Positions 48,548-57,903 of a stretch of 64,000 nucleotides of DNA are shown here, piece by piece. The stretch is from Pseudomonadales bacterium (GTDB lineage: Bacteria > Pseudomonadota > Gammaproteobacteria > Pseudomonadales > CAWVSB01): assembly GCA_036960375.1 (NCBI GenBank), contig JBALVY010000001.1, positions 384,563 through 448,562 on the forward strand, given 5' to 3'. The notes under the pieces are model-generated. The model saw only the letters and a program-made list of their open reading frames with translations, did not search any database and had not been told where the DNA came from. Position 1 is the first letter of the stretch. Every line of letters begins with the position of its first letter. Position numbers and translations under genes: made by a program.

Positions 48548-49783
48548 GTGCGAGAAATTATCCTTATTAACGTGTCTGGCGAGGACAAACCGGGATTAAC
48601 TTCATCAATTACGGCTATTTTGGCGCAGTATGATGTAGCCGTACTCGATATTGGGCAGGCGGTTATTCATGACAACCTTTCTTTGGGTTTATTGGTAGAA
48701 GTACCCGCGGCGAGTGAGTCTGCGCCTGTGCTAAAAGACGTATTGTTCAAGGTGCACGAGCTGGGGCTTGCCGTTCGATTTACGCCAATAAAGGCTGACA
48801 GCTACACCGATTGGGTGGCAGGGCAGGGTAAACCCAAACATATCATTACACTACTAGCGCGCAAAATCACCGCAGATCATCTGGCCAGGGTCACTGCAAT
48901 TGCATCGAAATATGATTTGAATATAGACCGGGTTGATCGATTATCCGGGCGTATTCCTCTCGAAGAGTCGGGCAAAAGCAGCAAGGCGTGTATCGAGTTT
49001 TCAGTGCGCGGTAGTCTGGCTGACCCGGCTCAGGTGCGTCGTGAGTTTCTGGAGCTGGCGCAAGAGCTTGGCGTCGACATTGCCTATCAGGAGGACAATG
49101 TTTTCCGTCGTAATCGACGTTTGGTGGCCTTTGATATGGATTCCACGCTGATTCAGGCGGAAGTTATTGATGAGCTGGCGAAAGCCGCTGGAGTGGGTGA
49201 ACAGGTCGCGGCCATAACTGAAAGTGCTATGCGTGGTGAATTGGACTTCGCCGAAAGCTTCAGTCAGCGGGTTGCCTTGCTAAAGGGGCTGGATGAATCA
49301 GTACTCAGTGGTATCGCCGATAGTTTGCAGCTCAGTGAAGGCGCAGAAAAACTGGTGAGCACGGTGCGCAAGCTGGGATATAAAACGGCCATTCTGAGTG
49401 GTGGTTTTACTTACTTCGGTAAATATCTGCAGGATAAGTTGGGCATTGATTATGTTTATGCCAATGAGCTGGAAATTGCTGATGGCAAGGTGACTGGTCG
49501 AGTCACAGGACAAGTTGTGGATGGCCGGCGCAAGGCGACCCTGTTGCGAGAATTGGCTCATAGCGAAAACCTTTCGCTCGATCAGGTTATCGCGGTAGGT
49601 GACGGCGCCAACGATTTACCTATGCTGAGTATTGCAGGTCTTGGCATCGCCTTCAGGGCCAAACCCATTGTCAAAGAGTCAGCCCAGCATGCTATTTCTA
49701 CCTTGGGTCTGGATGGCATTCTTTATTTGTTGGGATACTCTGACCGCGAGACCTATCTTCAGCTGGGATATGAATCGCCTTAA
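48548..49783 (+). CDS. serB: Phosphoserine phosphatase SerB with N-terminal ACT-like domains
   Basis: 411 aa from a GTG start. HAD motifs present: FDMDSTLI, SGGF and GDGANDL. Confidence 0.9.
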   Translation: MREIILINVSGEDKPGLTSSITAILAQYDVAVLDIGQAVIHDNLSLGLLVEVPAASESAPVLKDVLFKVHELGLAVRFTPIKADSYTDWVAGQGKPKHIITLLARKITADHLARVTAIASKYDLNIDRVDRLSGRIPLEESGKSSKACIEFSVRGSLADPAQVRREFLELAQELGVDIAYQEDNVFRRNRRLVAFDMDSTLIQAEVIDELAKAAGVGEQVAAITESAMRGELDFAESFSQRVALLKGLDESVLSGIADSLQLSEGAEKLVSTVRKLGYKTAILSGGFTYFGKYLQDKLGIDYVYANELEIADGKVTGRVTGQVVDGRRKATLLRELAHSENLSLDQVIAVGDGANDLPMLSIAGLGIAFRAKPIVKESAQHAISTLGLDGILYLLGYSDRETYLQLGYESP

Positions 49784-51813
49784 GTGAGGTCGGTGAATTC
49801 GTAATCCATTTCAGTGGTAGGCTCGGCAAGATACGGCCCTTGAATATAAGCCGGGCCCATTTGCCAAAGCGAGGCCAGTTTAAACGGGCTGTCCACATGG
49901 GGCACTATAGCGGCAGCATTATTCGTTGCGACCTGCCCAAGCAAGGATTTCAGGTCAACTGAACTGCCGTTGACCTTAGGGTTGTCGATAACAATAGCGC
50001 TGTCGATTTTTACGTAGGTGGCATGTAAAAAGCTCAGTGTATGCATGGAATCCGTGGCAGAGCCAAAATCCGCCAGACTGAAACGGCACTGGGTGTTTTT
50101 TAAGCGATCTGCGAGACGACCCGCGCGCTTGATGGATTTCGAACAGGCCATTTCCTGCAGCTGTATCACCACCGAGCTTCTTTGCAGGCCCGCCCCTTCC
50201 ATTGAGCTGACGAGCCAATCTGCCAAGGCTTTGTCATTTAACGCTGAGCCGGTCAGGTTGACAATGATTCGCGTTTCCGGGGCGCCGTCCCGTTTTTGCA
50301 CCAGTAATTGGATGGCACGGAGTAAAACCCAGCGATCAAAATGAGATTCACCCTCGCGCGAGGCCGCATTGTTGGCTACCATATCGATGTCGATATCTTC
50401 GCCAGTCCTTTCTTGCATAGCGACGCTAACTTCGTAATATTCGCCGCTGTCACCTCGCAGGCTGACAATCGGTTGGTAAAGTAAATGCAGGTAACCGTCT
50501 GCGGCAAGCGCATCGAAATCGAGTTCACCGCTATAGGAGGTGATGCTTTCTGCCGGAGGCACATAGAATAGCGCTAGTTGTTCGCTATCGAGATTCTGGT
50601 CGTGCAGTTCCGACAACCCCAAAAAGGCGTAGTCGATTAAACGCTCTGATTGGTCGCTGGAGTCTTCACCAAAACAAATAGCTGATGCGCGCACTTCGCA
50701 GAGCAGAGTCTGGTGTTCGATTTCAAATATATGGTTTGAAACACCTCGGCAAAGTTCTTCTGCAAAGGCCAGGGCTTCTTGGCTTTCCATGCCGGGTGCA
50801 GCGATATAGAAGAAGTCGCCGCCAACACGCGCACAGATATTCGGGTCGCGTATTTGGCCGGTAAGCTGCTCAAATATCATATTAAGCAATTCGGAGCTTG
50901 CCGCCATGCCGTATTCGTTGCGTATATTCCAGAAATTCCAGGGTTGAATACAAATGAGTGCGCCATCTTTTTTCTGGTTTCTGGCTTGCAGTACAAGGTG
51001 TTTCAATTGTTTGATGAATAGCTTGCCGCTCTGATCTGCCGCTCCATCATTGTGGCCGGGCTTGCGCACCACTATCTGAGTGCAATCTTCGCCGTCATAG
51101 TTTGCTTTGGAAAAACTCATGGTCAAGGGTTTGCTGGTGCCCTTGCCATCAAGGCCATGCGTACTGAGCTCCATTTCTTCGCCGCCAGACTTTGTATACA
51201 GCTTTAGAAAGTCTTTGAATTCACTCTGGTTTTCATCTTCAATCAGATCAATCAACGGTAGGCTTGCGATTTCTTCCACATCATCGTAACCAAAAATTTC
51301 TGCATACATTTCGTTGACTTCGATATGCATACCGTCGATGACATAACCAATTGCGTCATTAGAGCCCTCCAGCAGCAAATCACAGCGGGCCTGCACTTCG
51401 CTAAGCTCTGCCTGCAGTCTTTTTTTGGTTTTGGCGTTCAGATGGTTTTTGACGCTGGCTAGAATAGCGGAGGTTACCCATTTCTCATTCGCTCGATGGA
51501 CAAAGCTACTCGCTTGAGACTCCAAATAAAGCTCTACTTGAGCATCACTTAATTCCGGTGCGGTATAGAGTACCGGCAGGCGCCTTTTGGAAATGTGGCA
51601 AGTCAATTTTAGTGTCAACGAGGGGTGATCACTGTCGGCAATGATTAAGTCCCAGTTACCACTGGCAATCATTTCATCAAGGGCCTCGCCGTCGGCTACC
51701 CATTCTCCGCGCACAGGGTAACCCTGGTTGCGCAACAGGTTTATAATAAGCTCGGCCGTATTTTGTGACTCATTGGCAAATATAAGTCTGTAAAGATTCG
51801 TGGATTCCGTCAT
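49780..51813 (-). CDS. FimX-like c-di-GMP protein: REC-like, PAS, degenerate GGDEF, degenerate EAL
   Basis: The track ORF extends to 51885; the start at MTESTNLYRLIF is the more plausible. GGDEF position reads GGDFF. The EAL position reads EVS in QPIVSLRGDSGEYYEVSVAM. It sits next to serB, as fimX does in Pseudomonas by my recollection. Confidence 0.65.
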   Translation of the reverse strand: MTESTNLYRLIFANESQNTAELIINLLRNQGYPVRGEWVADGEALDEMIASGNWDLIIADSDHPSLTLKLTCHISKRRLPVLYTAPELSDAQVELYLESQASSFVHRANEKWVTSAILASVKNHLNAKTKKRLQAELSEVQARCDLLLEGSNDAIGYVIDGMHIEVNEMYAEIFGYDDVEEIASLPLIDLIEDENQSEFKDFLKLYTKSGGEEMELSTHGLDGKGTSKPLTMSFSKANYDGEDCTQIVVRKPGHNDGAADQSGKLFIKQLKHLVLQARNQKKDGALICIQPWNFWNIRNEYGMAASSELLNMIFEQLTGQIRDPNICARVGGDFFYIAAPGMESQEALAFAEELCRGVSNHIFEIEHQTLLCEVRASAICFGEDSSDQSERLIDYAFLGLSELHDQNLDSEQLALFYVPPAESITSYSGELDFDALAADGYLHLLYQPIVSLRGDSGEYYEVSVAMQERTGEDIDIDMVANNAASREGESHFDRWVLLRAIQLLVQKRDGAPETRIIVNLTGSALNDKALADWLVSSMEGAGLQRSSVVIQLQEMACSKSIKRAGRLADRLKNTQCRFSLADFGSATDSMHTLSFLHATYVKIDSAIVIDNPKVNGSSVDLKSLLGQVATNNAAAIVPHVDSPFKLASLWQMGPAYIQGPYLAEPTTEMDYEFTDLT

Positions 51814-51973
51814 AAATATCTGAGTACTGAGTCCTGATCCATGATTACAAGCGAGATTAACCTCGCATTCCGTAGTGATATTCAATACTGGGGTCTATTC
51901 TAAGGCTGACAGGCAGCGACCGCTAGTACCTGCTGATGTTTTTTTGATCATGTCCACAAATAGCCAGTGAGGT

Positions 51974-52984
51974 TCAGATTTTATAGAACGGTGTTTTTGA
52001 GGCTTCTCCCGCGATTTCGCGTACCAGGCGCGGTACCAGGTAGCCGGGTAAACTCGCCAACATCTGCTGATAGAGCTTCGCAGCCTGATCTGTCTCGACC
52101 GCAAAATGGGCAGCACCGGCAACGGGATCTAACAGGTGTAAGTAGTAGGGTAGAGCCCCGGCGGAAAATAGTGCTTCGCTGAGCTGGCATTGGCTATCTA
52201 TGTCATCGTTGATGCCTTTTAGCAAAACAGCCTGGTTTAATACCCATATCCCTGCCTGCCGCAGCTTTGTGATGGCCTGAGCGGTTTGGGGACAGATTTC
52301 ATTGGCATGATTACAGTGCAGTACCAGAGTCGCCTGCAGGCGGCTTTGGCTCAGCCAGGCTATCAGTTCGTCAGTCACCCGTTGCGGAATCATTAACGGC
52401 AGTCGGGTATGAATACGAAGGCGTTTTAAGTGAGGGATAGCCGCCAATTCTCGAGTTAAATCAGCAAGTTGCTTGTCTCCCAGGCTTAGCGGGTCGCCGC
52501 CGCTAAGGATAATTTCGTTTAATGACTCGGTCTGGCGAATATACTCCAGCGCTTCATGCCAGCGCTGGGGCTTACTGTGCTCGTTGTAGGGAAAATGCCG
52601 GCGAAAGCAGTAGCGGCAATGGATGGCACAGGCGCCGGTAACGATGAGTAGAGCCCTGCCATGATATTTGTGCAATATTCCCGGCACTGGGCTGCTGCCC
52701 TGTTCTGCCAGCGGGTCCTTGTTAAAACCCGGCTGCTCCAGCATTTCAGTGACCAGTGGCAGCGCCTGTAGCAGCAACGGGTCGTCGGGCTTGCCTCGTT
52801 CAATTTTATCTGCAAACGGACGAGGGATTCTGACGGCAAATTCCTGATGTGCGGCCTCACAGAGCAAATCGGTATAATCACCCAGACCGACGTAATCCAG
52901 CAGCGCCTGAGGCGTGCGTATGCCGTTGGCGAGTACATTTTGCCAGTTTTCGGTGTGCGCAATGGTTTCAGTTTGAGGTATCAT
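51974..52984 (-). CDS. epmB: EF-P beta-lysylation protein EpmB (lysine 2,3-aminomutase-like radical SAM)
   Basis: 336 aa with the radical-SAM CxxxCxxC motif (CAIHCRYC). It is divergent from efp. Confidence 0.9.
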   Translation of the reverse strand: MIPQTETIAHTENWQNVLANGIRTPQALLDYVGLGDYTDLLCEAAHQEFAVRIPRPFADKIERGKPDDPLLLQALPLVTEMLEQPGFNKDPLAEQGSSPVPGILHKYHGRALLIVTGACAIHCRYCFRRHFPYNEHSKPQRWHEALEYIRQTESLNEIILSGGDPLSLGDKQLADLTRELAAIPHLKRLRIHTRLPLMIPQRVTDELIAWLSQSRLQATLVLHCNHANEICPQTAQAITKLRQAGIWVLNQAVLLKGINDDIDSQCQLSEALFSAGALPYYLHLLDPVAGAAHFAVETDQAAKLYQQMLASLPGYLVPRLVREIAGEASKTPFYKI

Positions 52985-53019
52985 TGCGCTTCTTTTGAAT
53001 TTTGATGTAAAGGGTATCC

Positions 53020-53589
53020 ATGGCCAGCTATTCTACCAATGAATTTCGCAGCGGTCTCAAAGTCATGTTAGACGGCGAGCCTTGTTCAATTCTGGAAAAT
53101 GATCTTGTTAAGCCCGGTAAGGGCCAGGCGTTTAACCGCGTCAAGTTACGCAACCTGAATTCTGGTCGAGTATGGGAGCGGACATTTAAATCGGGCGAGT
53201 CTCTGGAGGGTGCCGATGTCATGGATTATGACATGGAATACCTCTATAACGACGGTGAATTCTGGTATTTTATGGAGCCAGATACTTTTGAACAGCATCA
53301 GGCCGATAAAAAAGCCGTTGCTGATACAGCATTGTGGCTGAAAGAGCAGGATCTATGTGTCGTAACGCTCTACAACGGCGCGCCGCTATCGGTGACGCCA
53401 CCTAATTTTGTAGAACTCCCTATTGCTGAAACAGACCCGGGTTTGCGTGGTGATACTGCTCAGGGCGGCAGCAAGCCGGCAACTCTGACCACGGGTGCTG
53501 TGGTTAAGGTGCCTCTTTTTCTCGAAATAGGTGAAGTAATCAAGGTTGATACACGTACCGGCGATTACGTTAACCGCGTAAAAAGCTGA
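53020..53589 (+). CDS. efp: Elongation factor P
   Basis: 189 aa. The loop KPGKGQAF carries the modifiable Lys. Confidence 0.95.
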   Translation: MASYSTNEFRSGLKVMLDGEPCSILENDLVKPGKGQAFNRVKLRNLNSGRVWERTFKSGESLEGADVMDYDMEYLYNDGEFWYFMEPDTFEQHQADKKAVADTALWLKEQDLCVVTLYNGAPLSVTPPNFVELPIAETDPGLRGDTAQGGSKPATLTTGAVVKVPLFLEIGEVIKVDTRTGDYVNRVKS

Positions 53590-54536
53590 TGACCAATGAC
53601 TGGCAGCCTGCTGCCAGCCAAGCCGCACTGGTTGCCAGAGCAGAGATGCTGGCGCAGCTGCGGCAATTTTTTAGCTCACGTCAGATACTCGAGGTAGAGA
53701 CCCCGTTATTGTGCCGTGGCGCACCCACCGACCCGCACCTGGAGAGCATATCGGTTCAAGAAGCCCAAGGGCGCTATTTACAAACCTCGCCTGAATTTGC
53801 CATGAAGCGACTACTTGCTGCGGGCAGCGGGCCCATATACCAAATCTGTAAGTCATTTCGTGGTTCCGAGATAAGTCATCGGCATAATCCCGAATTTACC
53901 ATGCTGGAGTGGTATCGCCCGGGTTTGTCCCTGCTGCAGCTGATGGCCGAGTTGGAGGCCTTGTTGCTCAGTATGCTGGGTACAGTCGAGGTCAGTTATT
54001 ACAGCTATGGCGAAATCTTCACTCGAGTGCTGGGAGTTGATCCCCATGGTGCCAGTGACTCAGAGCTTGCAGCACTGGGTTATGAGGTGGCTGGACGAGA
54101 GCTGGGCTCGATGAGCAGAGCCGATTGGCTTGATTTATTAATGTCTCAGGCGGTAGAGCCGAGCTTACCGTCTGGCGCCGTATTTGTTGTTGATTATCCT
54201 GCTTGTCAGGCCTCATTGAGTCAATTGGTGCAGGATGGCAATGGCCGTCAAGTGGCTCGTCGATTTGAGTTATATCTTGATGGCATGGAGCTGGCCAATG
54301 GTTATCAGGAATTAACAGATGCGGCTGAGCAGGCGGCCAGGTTTCAGTCTGATCGCGAGTTGCGTCGTCAGTATGGCCTGGCCGATGTCGCAGCCGATGA
54401 GTACCTGGTCGCCGCCTTACATAGCGGCATGCCAGAGTGTAGTGGTGTGGCCGTTGGGCTGGACAGGTTGCTGATGAAGAAACTCGGTGTCGCCAGCATC
54501 AGCGAAGTATTGGCCTTTCCCTATGATCGAGCCTAG
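53589..54536 (+). CDS. epmA: EF-P lysine-lysyltransferase EpmA (GenX/PoxA)
   Basis: 315 aa, a truncated class II LysRS-like protein (YLQTSPEFAMKRLL, FELYLDGMELANG). Its start overlaps the efp stop. Confidence 0.9.
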   Translation: MTNDWQPAASQAALVARAEMLAQLRQFFSSRQILEVETPLLCRGAPTDPHLESISVQEAQGRYLQTSPEFAMKRLLAAGSGPIYQICKSFRGSEISHRHNPEFTMLEWYRPGLSLLQLMAELEALLLSMLGTVEVSYYSYGEIFTRVLGVDPHGASDSELAALGYEVAGRELGSMSRADWLDLLMSQAVEPSLPSGAVFVVDYPACQASLSQLVQDGNGRQVARRFELYLDGMELANGYQELTDAAEQAARFQSDRELRRQYGLADVAADEYLVAALHSGMPECSGVAVGLDRLLMKKLGVASISEVLAFPYDRA

Positions 54537-55384
54537 ATCAGCTGGGCGATTTCCTGCCCCATCATCAAGGGCGACCCGGCAGCTAGTGCCTCGTCCCATT
54601 TCACCCGGTCTTTGGGGAACAGTAAGACCACGGTAGAACCCAATTTAAAGCGGCCCATTTCCTCTCCCTTATTGAGAGCGATAGTGACTGCTTCGTTATA
54701 GCGCGTTGTATTGACCGTTTTGGGGGTGGGGGTGACCTGTCCCGCCCAGACAGTCTCGATGGCGGCCACGATCATGGCGCCAACTAATACCATTGCCATG
54801 GGGCCGGCTGCAGTTTCGAATATGGCTACCAGGCGCTCGTTGCGGGCAAACAGACGCGGTACGTTTTCGGCCGTTGCCTTGTTGACCGAAAACAGGTCAC
54901 CGGGCACATAGATCATTTGCTGCAATGTGCCACTTACAGGCATATGGACTCGGTGATAGTCTTTGGGAGACAAGTAAATAGTGGAAAAACAGCCATCGAT
55001 AAACTGTTCTGCCAGAGCGTTATCCCCGCCCAGTAACTCCTGTACCGTATAGCTTTGGCCTTTGGCCTGAAAGATTCGGCCATTTTCTATTCGGCCTAAC
55101 TGGCTAATCGAACCGTCAGCGGGACTGGCAATGGCTTTAGTATCTTCAGCTACCGTGCGTGCGTCGTCGCGCAGTGCGCGGGTAAAAAATGCGTTAAAGT
55201 TGGGGTAGTTGCGGGCTTCAGGGTCAGCCGCTTCGCTCATATTGACGCTATATTGGCGAATAAAAAACTCTATAAAGGGGTTTTTTATCCAGGGTATTTC
55301 GGTATTAGCCAACCAACCCGCGGCGCGCGAGAGCAAGTGCTGAGGAATCAGGTATTGCAGGACGATAAACAGCTTTTGCATCAT
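54533..55384 (-). CDS. psd: Phosphatidylserine decarboxylase proenzyme
   Basis: 283 aa with the self-cleavage LGST motif (FKLGSTVVLLF). Confidence 0.9.
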   Translation of the reverse strand: MMQKLFIVLQYLIPQHLLSRAAGWLANTEIPWIKNPFIEFFIRQYSVNMSEAADPEARNYPNFNAFFTRALRDDARTVAEDTKAIASPADGSISQLGRIENGRIFQAKGQSYTVQELLGGDNALAEQFIDGCFSTIYLSPKDYHRVHMPVSGTLQQMIYVPGDLFSVNKATAENVPRLFARNERLVAIFETAAGPMAMVLVGAMIVAAIETVWAGQVTPTPKTVNTTRYNEAVTIALNKGEEMGRFKLGSTVVLLFPKDRVKWDEALAAGSPLMMGQEIAQLI

Positions 55385-56205
55385 TGTGGCGTAGTCTCAA
55401 TTGGTGTGTTTTCTTCATTGCCCCATTCACTCCACGAGCCGTGGTAGCCTTTGATGTTGGGATAACCCAAAATCTTTGCCACCAGGTAAGTCAGGCCCGA
55501 GCGGTGATGGGTTTGGCAGTGGGTCACAATATCCTTGTCTGAGGTCAGACCGAGCAAAGACAGCATGTCGTAGATTTCATCCAGAGGTTTTAATCGGAGA
55601 TGATTATTCAGGTCCATGAGCTCGGTCCATTCCAGGTTTTTGGCACCGGGGATATGTCCGCCTCGGGCGGAGAACAATTTTTTTCCGCGGTATTCTTCGG
55701 GCGAGCGAGCATCCCATATACCAAAATTTTCGTCATCCAGCCGTGGAATAATGTCGTCAATCTCTGCTATGGGGTCTGTCAGAATGATGTTGACCATGTA
55801 ATTACTTGAGTCAGGCAGTTGGGCTCCTGCTTCAAGCGTTCTATTTTCCGCCGACCATGCAATTAATCCACCATTTAAGTAGGAATAATTTGTGTGTCCG
55901 ACGGCGTCAAGTATCCAGATGAAGCGTCCTGCCCAACCACCACCTTCATCGTCGTAAACTACCACGTGATGTGTGGGGCTAAGACCAATAGACGAGAGCA
56001 TAGCGCTCAGCTTCTCAGCATTGGGGATCTTGCCCACAGCAGGCTTTTGGCCGCCCTGCAGGTCGCTAATAGGAATATGAATTGCGCCGGGTATATGTCC
56101 TTCAAGATAGGTTTCAGTTTTTCTACAGACATCTACCAGCAGCAGATCGGGCTGACTGAGGTTTGCTTCCAGTTCATCTGTTTCAATTAACAGCGGCAGG
56201 CTCAT
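55381..56205 (-). CDS. Sulfurtransferase (tandem rhodanese domains)
   Basis: 274 aa with two rhodanese repeats and the active-site loop CQTHHRSG. It overlaps psd by 4 nt. Confidence 0.8.
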   Translation of the reverse strand: MSLPLLIETDELEANLSQPDLLLVDVCRKTETYLEGHIPGAIHIPISDLQGGQKPAVGKIPNAEKLSAMLSSIGLSPTHHVVVYDDEGGGWAGRFIWILDAVGHTNYSYLNGGLIAWSAENRTLEAGAQLPDSSNYMVNIILTDPIAEIDDIIPRLDDENFGIWDARSPEEYRGKKLFSARGGHIPGAKNLEWTELMDLNNHLRLKPLDEIYDMLSLLGLTSDKDIVTHCQTHHRSGLTYLVAKILGYPNIKGYHGSWSEWGNEENTPIETTPQ

Positions 56206-56281
56206 AAGGGGTTCCTATGTCGTTCGGTATATAGAGGAATTATAATGCACTCGCAGAGGGCTGTCTTGGATGAGCTAACAA

Positions 56282-57301
56282 TTATTCGTTTAACGAGTTG
56301 ACCAGATTATGGTAGCTATTCAGTCGTAATGCACTGAGCTCCCCATCTGATACGGCTTGTTGCAGTGCGCAGCGGGGGTCGGCGCCATGGGTGCAGTCGC
56401 GGAACTTACAGTGCCCTAAATAGGGGTGGAAATCGATGAAACCCGCGGCGATTTGATCAGCATTCATATGCCATAAGCCAAATTCTCGAATACCGGGAGA
56501 ATCGATCAGGTCGCCGCCACTGGGAAAGTGAATTAGCTGCGCGGTTGTGGTTGTGTGGCGACCCTTGTCGGTCGAGGCGGACAAACTGCCGACCTTAAGG
56601 TCGCTATCAGGCAATAGCGTATTGATAAGTGAAGATTTGCCAACACCCGATTGACCGACAAATACAGAAATGTGATTGCGTAGCACGGAAGTGAGTTCCT
56701 CCATCCCGGATTCGCTCTTGGTGGAAGCGCGAATAAGCTTGATACCAATATCTTCATAGATGGCCAGCATGGCGTTTATAGTGGCTGAATTATCCTGATC
56801 GAGCAGATCGATTTTATTCAGTAGTAAAACAGGCTCTAGCGATGAATGATGGGCTGCGACTAAATAACGATCAATCAGGTTGGCATAGGGTGTGGGTAGG
56901 GGAGCCACCACAATGACCATGTAGTCGACGTTGGCCGCTACTGGCTTGAGTTTGCCAAAGCTGTCGGGACGTTGCAATAAGGAGCCGCGGTCTTGTCGCG
57001 CGACTACCACGCCGGTTGGGTTGCCTTCGCGCCATACTACTTTGTCGCCGGTGACAAGCTGTTCGATATTCGCCCTGATATGAGCGCGCTGGGTAGTGCC
57101 GGAATGGTCACCAGTCAGGGATTCTACTTCGACCTGAGTGCCGTAATGGGCAATGATCAAACCCAGTTCTTCGGGTCCAAGATCGCCTTCGCTAAGCGCC
57201 TCATCTGCCTTCGATACGCGTCGTTCTACCCGACTTTCTCGTTCAGCCTGAATTTTTTCGATACGCCATGCCTGACGTCGTGTTAGCTTTCGTTTCCCCA
57301 T
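56282..57301 (-). CDS. rsgA: Ribosome small subunit-dependent GTPase A
   Basis: 339 aa with circularly permuted GTPase motifs (LNKIDL ... GQSGVGKSSLIN) and a C-terminal zinc-finger pattern of Cys and His. Confidence 0.9.
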   Translation of the reverse strand: MGKRKLTRRQAWRIEKIQAERESRVERRVSKADEALSEGDLGPEELGLIIAHYGTQVEVESLTGDHSGTTQRAHIRANIEQLVTGDKVVWREGNPTGVVVARQDRGSLLQRPDSFGKLKPVAANVDYMVIVVAPLPTPYANLIDRYLVAAHHSSLEPVLLLNKIDLLDQDNSATINAMLAIYEDIGIKLIRASTKSESGMEELTSVLRNHISVFVGQSGVGKSSLINTLLPDSDLKVGSLSASTDKGRHTTTTAQLIHFPSGGDLIDSPGIREFGLWHMNADQIAAGFIDFHPYLGHCKFRDCTHGADPRCALQQAVSDGELSALRLNSYHNLVNSLNE

Positions 57302-57351
57302 GTTCGATATGGTAAGCTGGCAGCAACTGAATAGCGAGAGTTTAGCCCCAA

Positions 57352-57894
57352 ATGAAAGACAATCTGATATGGATCGATTTGGAAATGACCGGCCTCAGTC
57401 CAGAGGATGATGTCATTATTGAGATTGCGACAATTGTCACCGACGCGCAGCTGGAGCTGATTGCCGAAGGCCCGTCGCTGGCTATCAATCAATCCGCTGC
57501 TCGTATCGCAGGAATGGACGAATGGAATACCCGCCAGCATGGAAAATCAGGCCTGACCGAGCGGGTTCTGAATACAACTATGACCAGTGCAGAAGCCGAG
57601 CGCCAGACGCTGGAATTTCTGAGTCAGTATGTACCTGCAGGTGCTTCACCTATGTGCGGTAATTCGATCTGTCAGGATCGACGCTTTCTAGCGCGTTATA
57701 TGCCTGAGCTGGAAAAGTTTTTCCATTATCGCAATCTGGATGTAAGCTCGATCAAGGAGATCGCACGCCGATGGCGGCCCGAAATACTCGAAGGCGTCAA
57801 AAAGCAGGGCAGCCACCTGGCAATGGATGATATCAGGGACTCCATTGCAGAATTAAGTTATTACCGGGACACCTTTTTTCGTATGGAATCCTAG
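57352..57894 (+). CDS. orn: Oligoribonuclease
   Basis: 180 aa with the DEDDh motifs (WIDLEMTGL ... HLAMDDI). It is divergent from rsgA, as is common in gammaproteobacteria. Confidence 0.95.
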   Translation: MKDNLIWIDLEMTGLSPEDDVIIEIATIVTDAQLELIAEGPSLAINQSAARIAGMDEWNTRQHGKSGLTERVLNTTMTSAEAERQTLEFLSQYVPAGASPMCGNSICQDRRFLARYMPELEKFFHYRNLDVSSIKEIARRWRPEILEGVKKQGSHLAMDDIRDSIAELSYYRDTFFRMES

Positions 57895-57903
57895 GTCAAT
57901 CAC

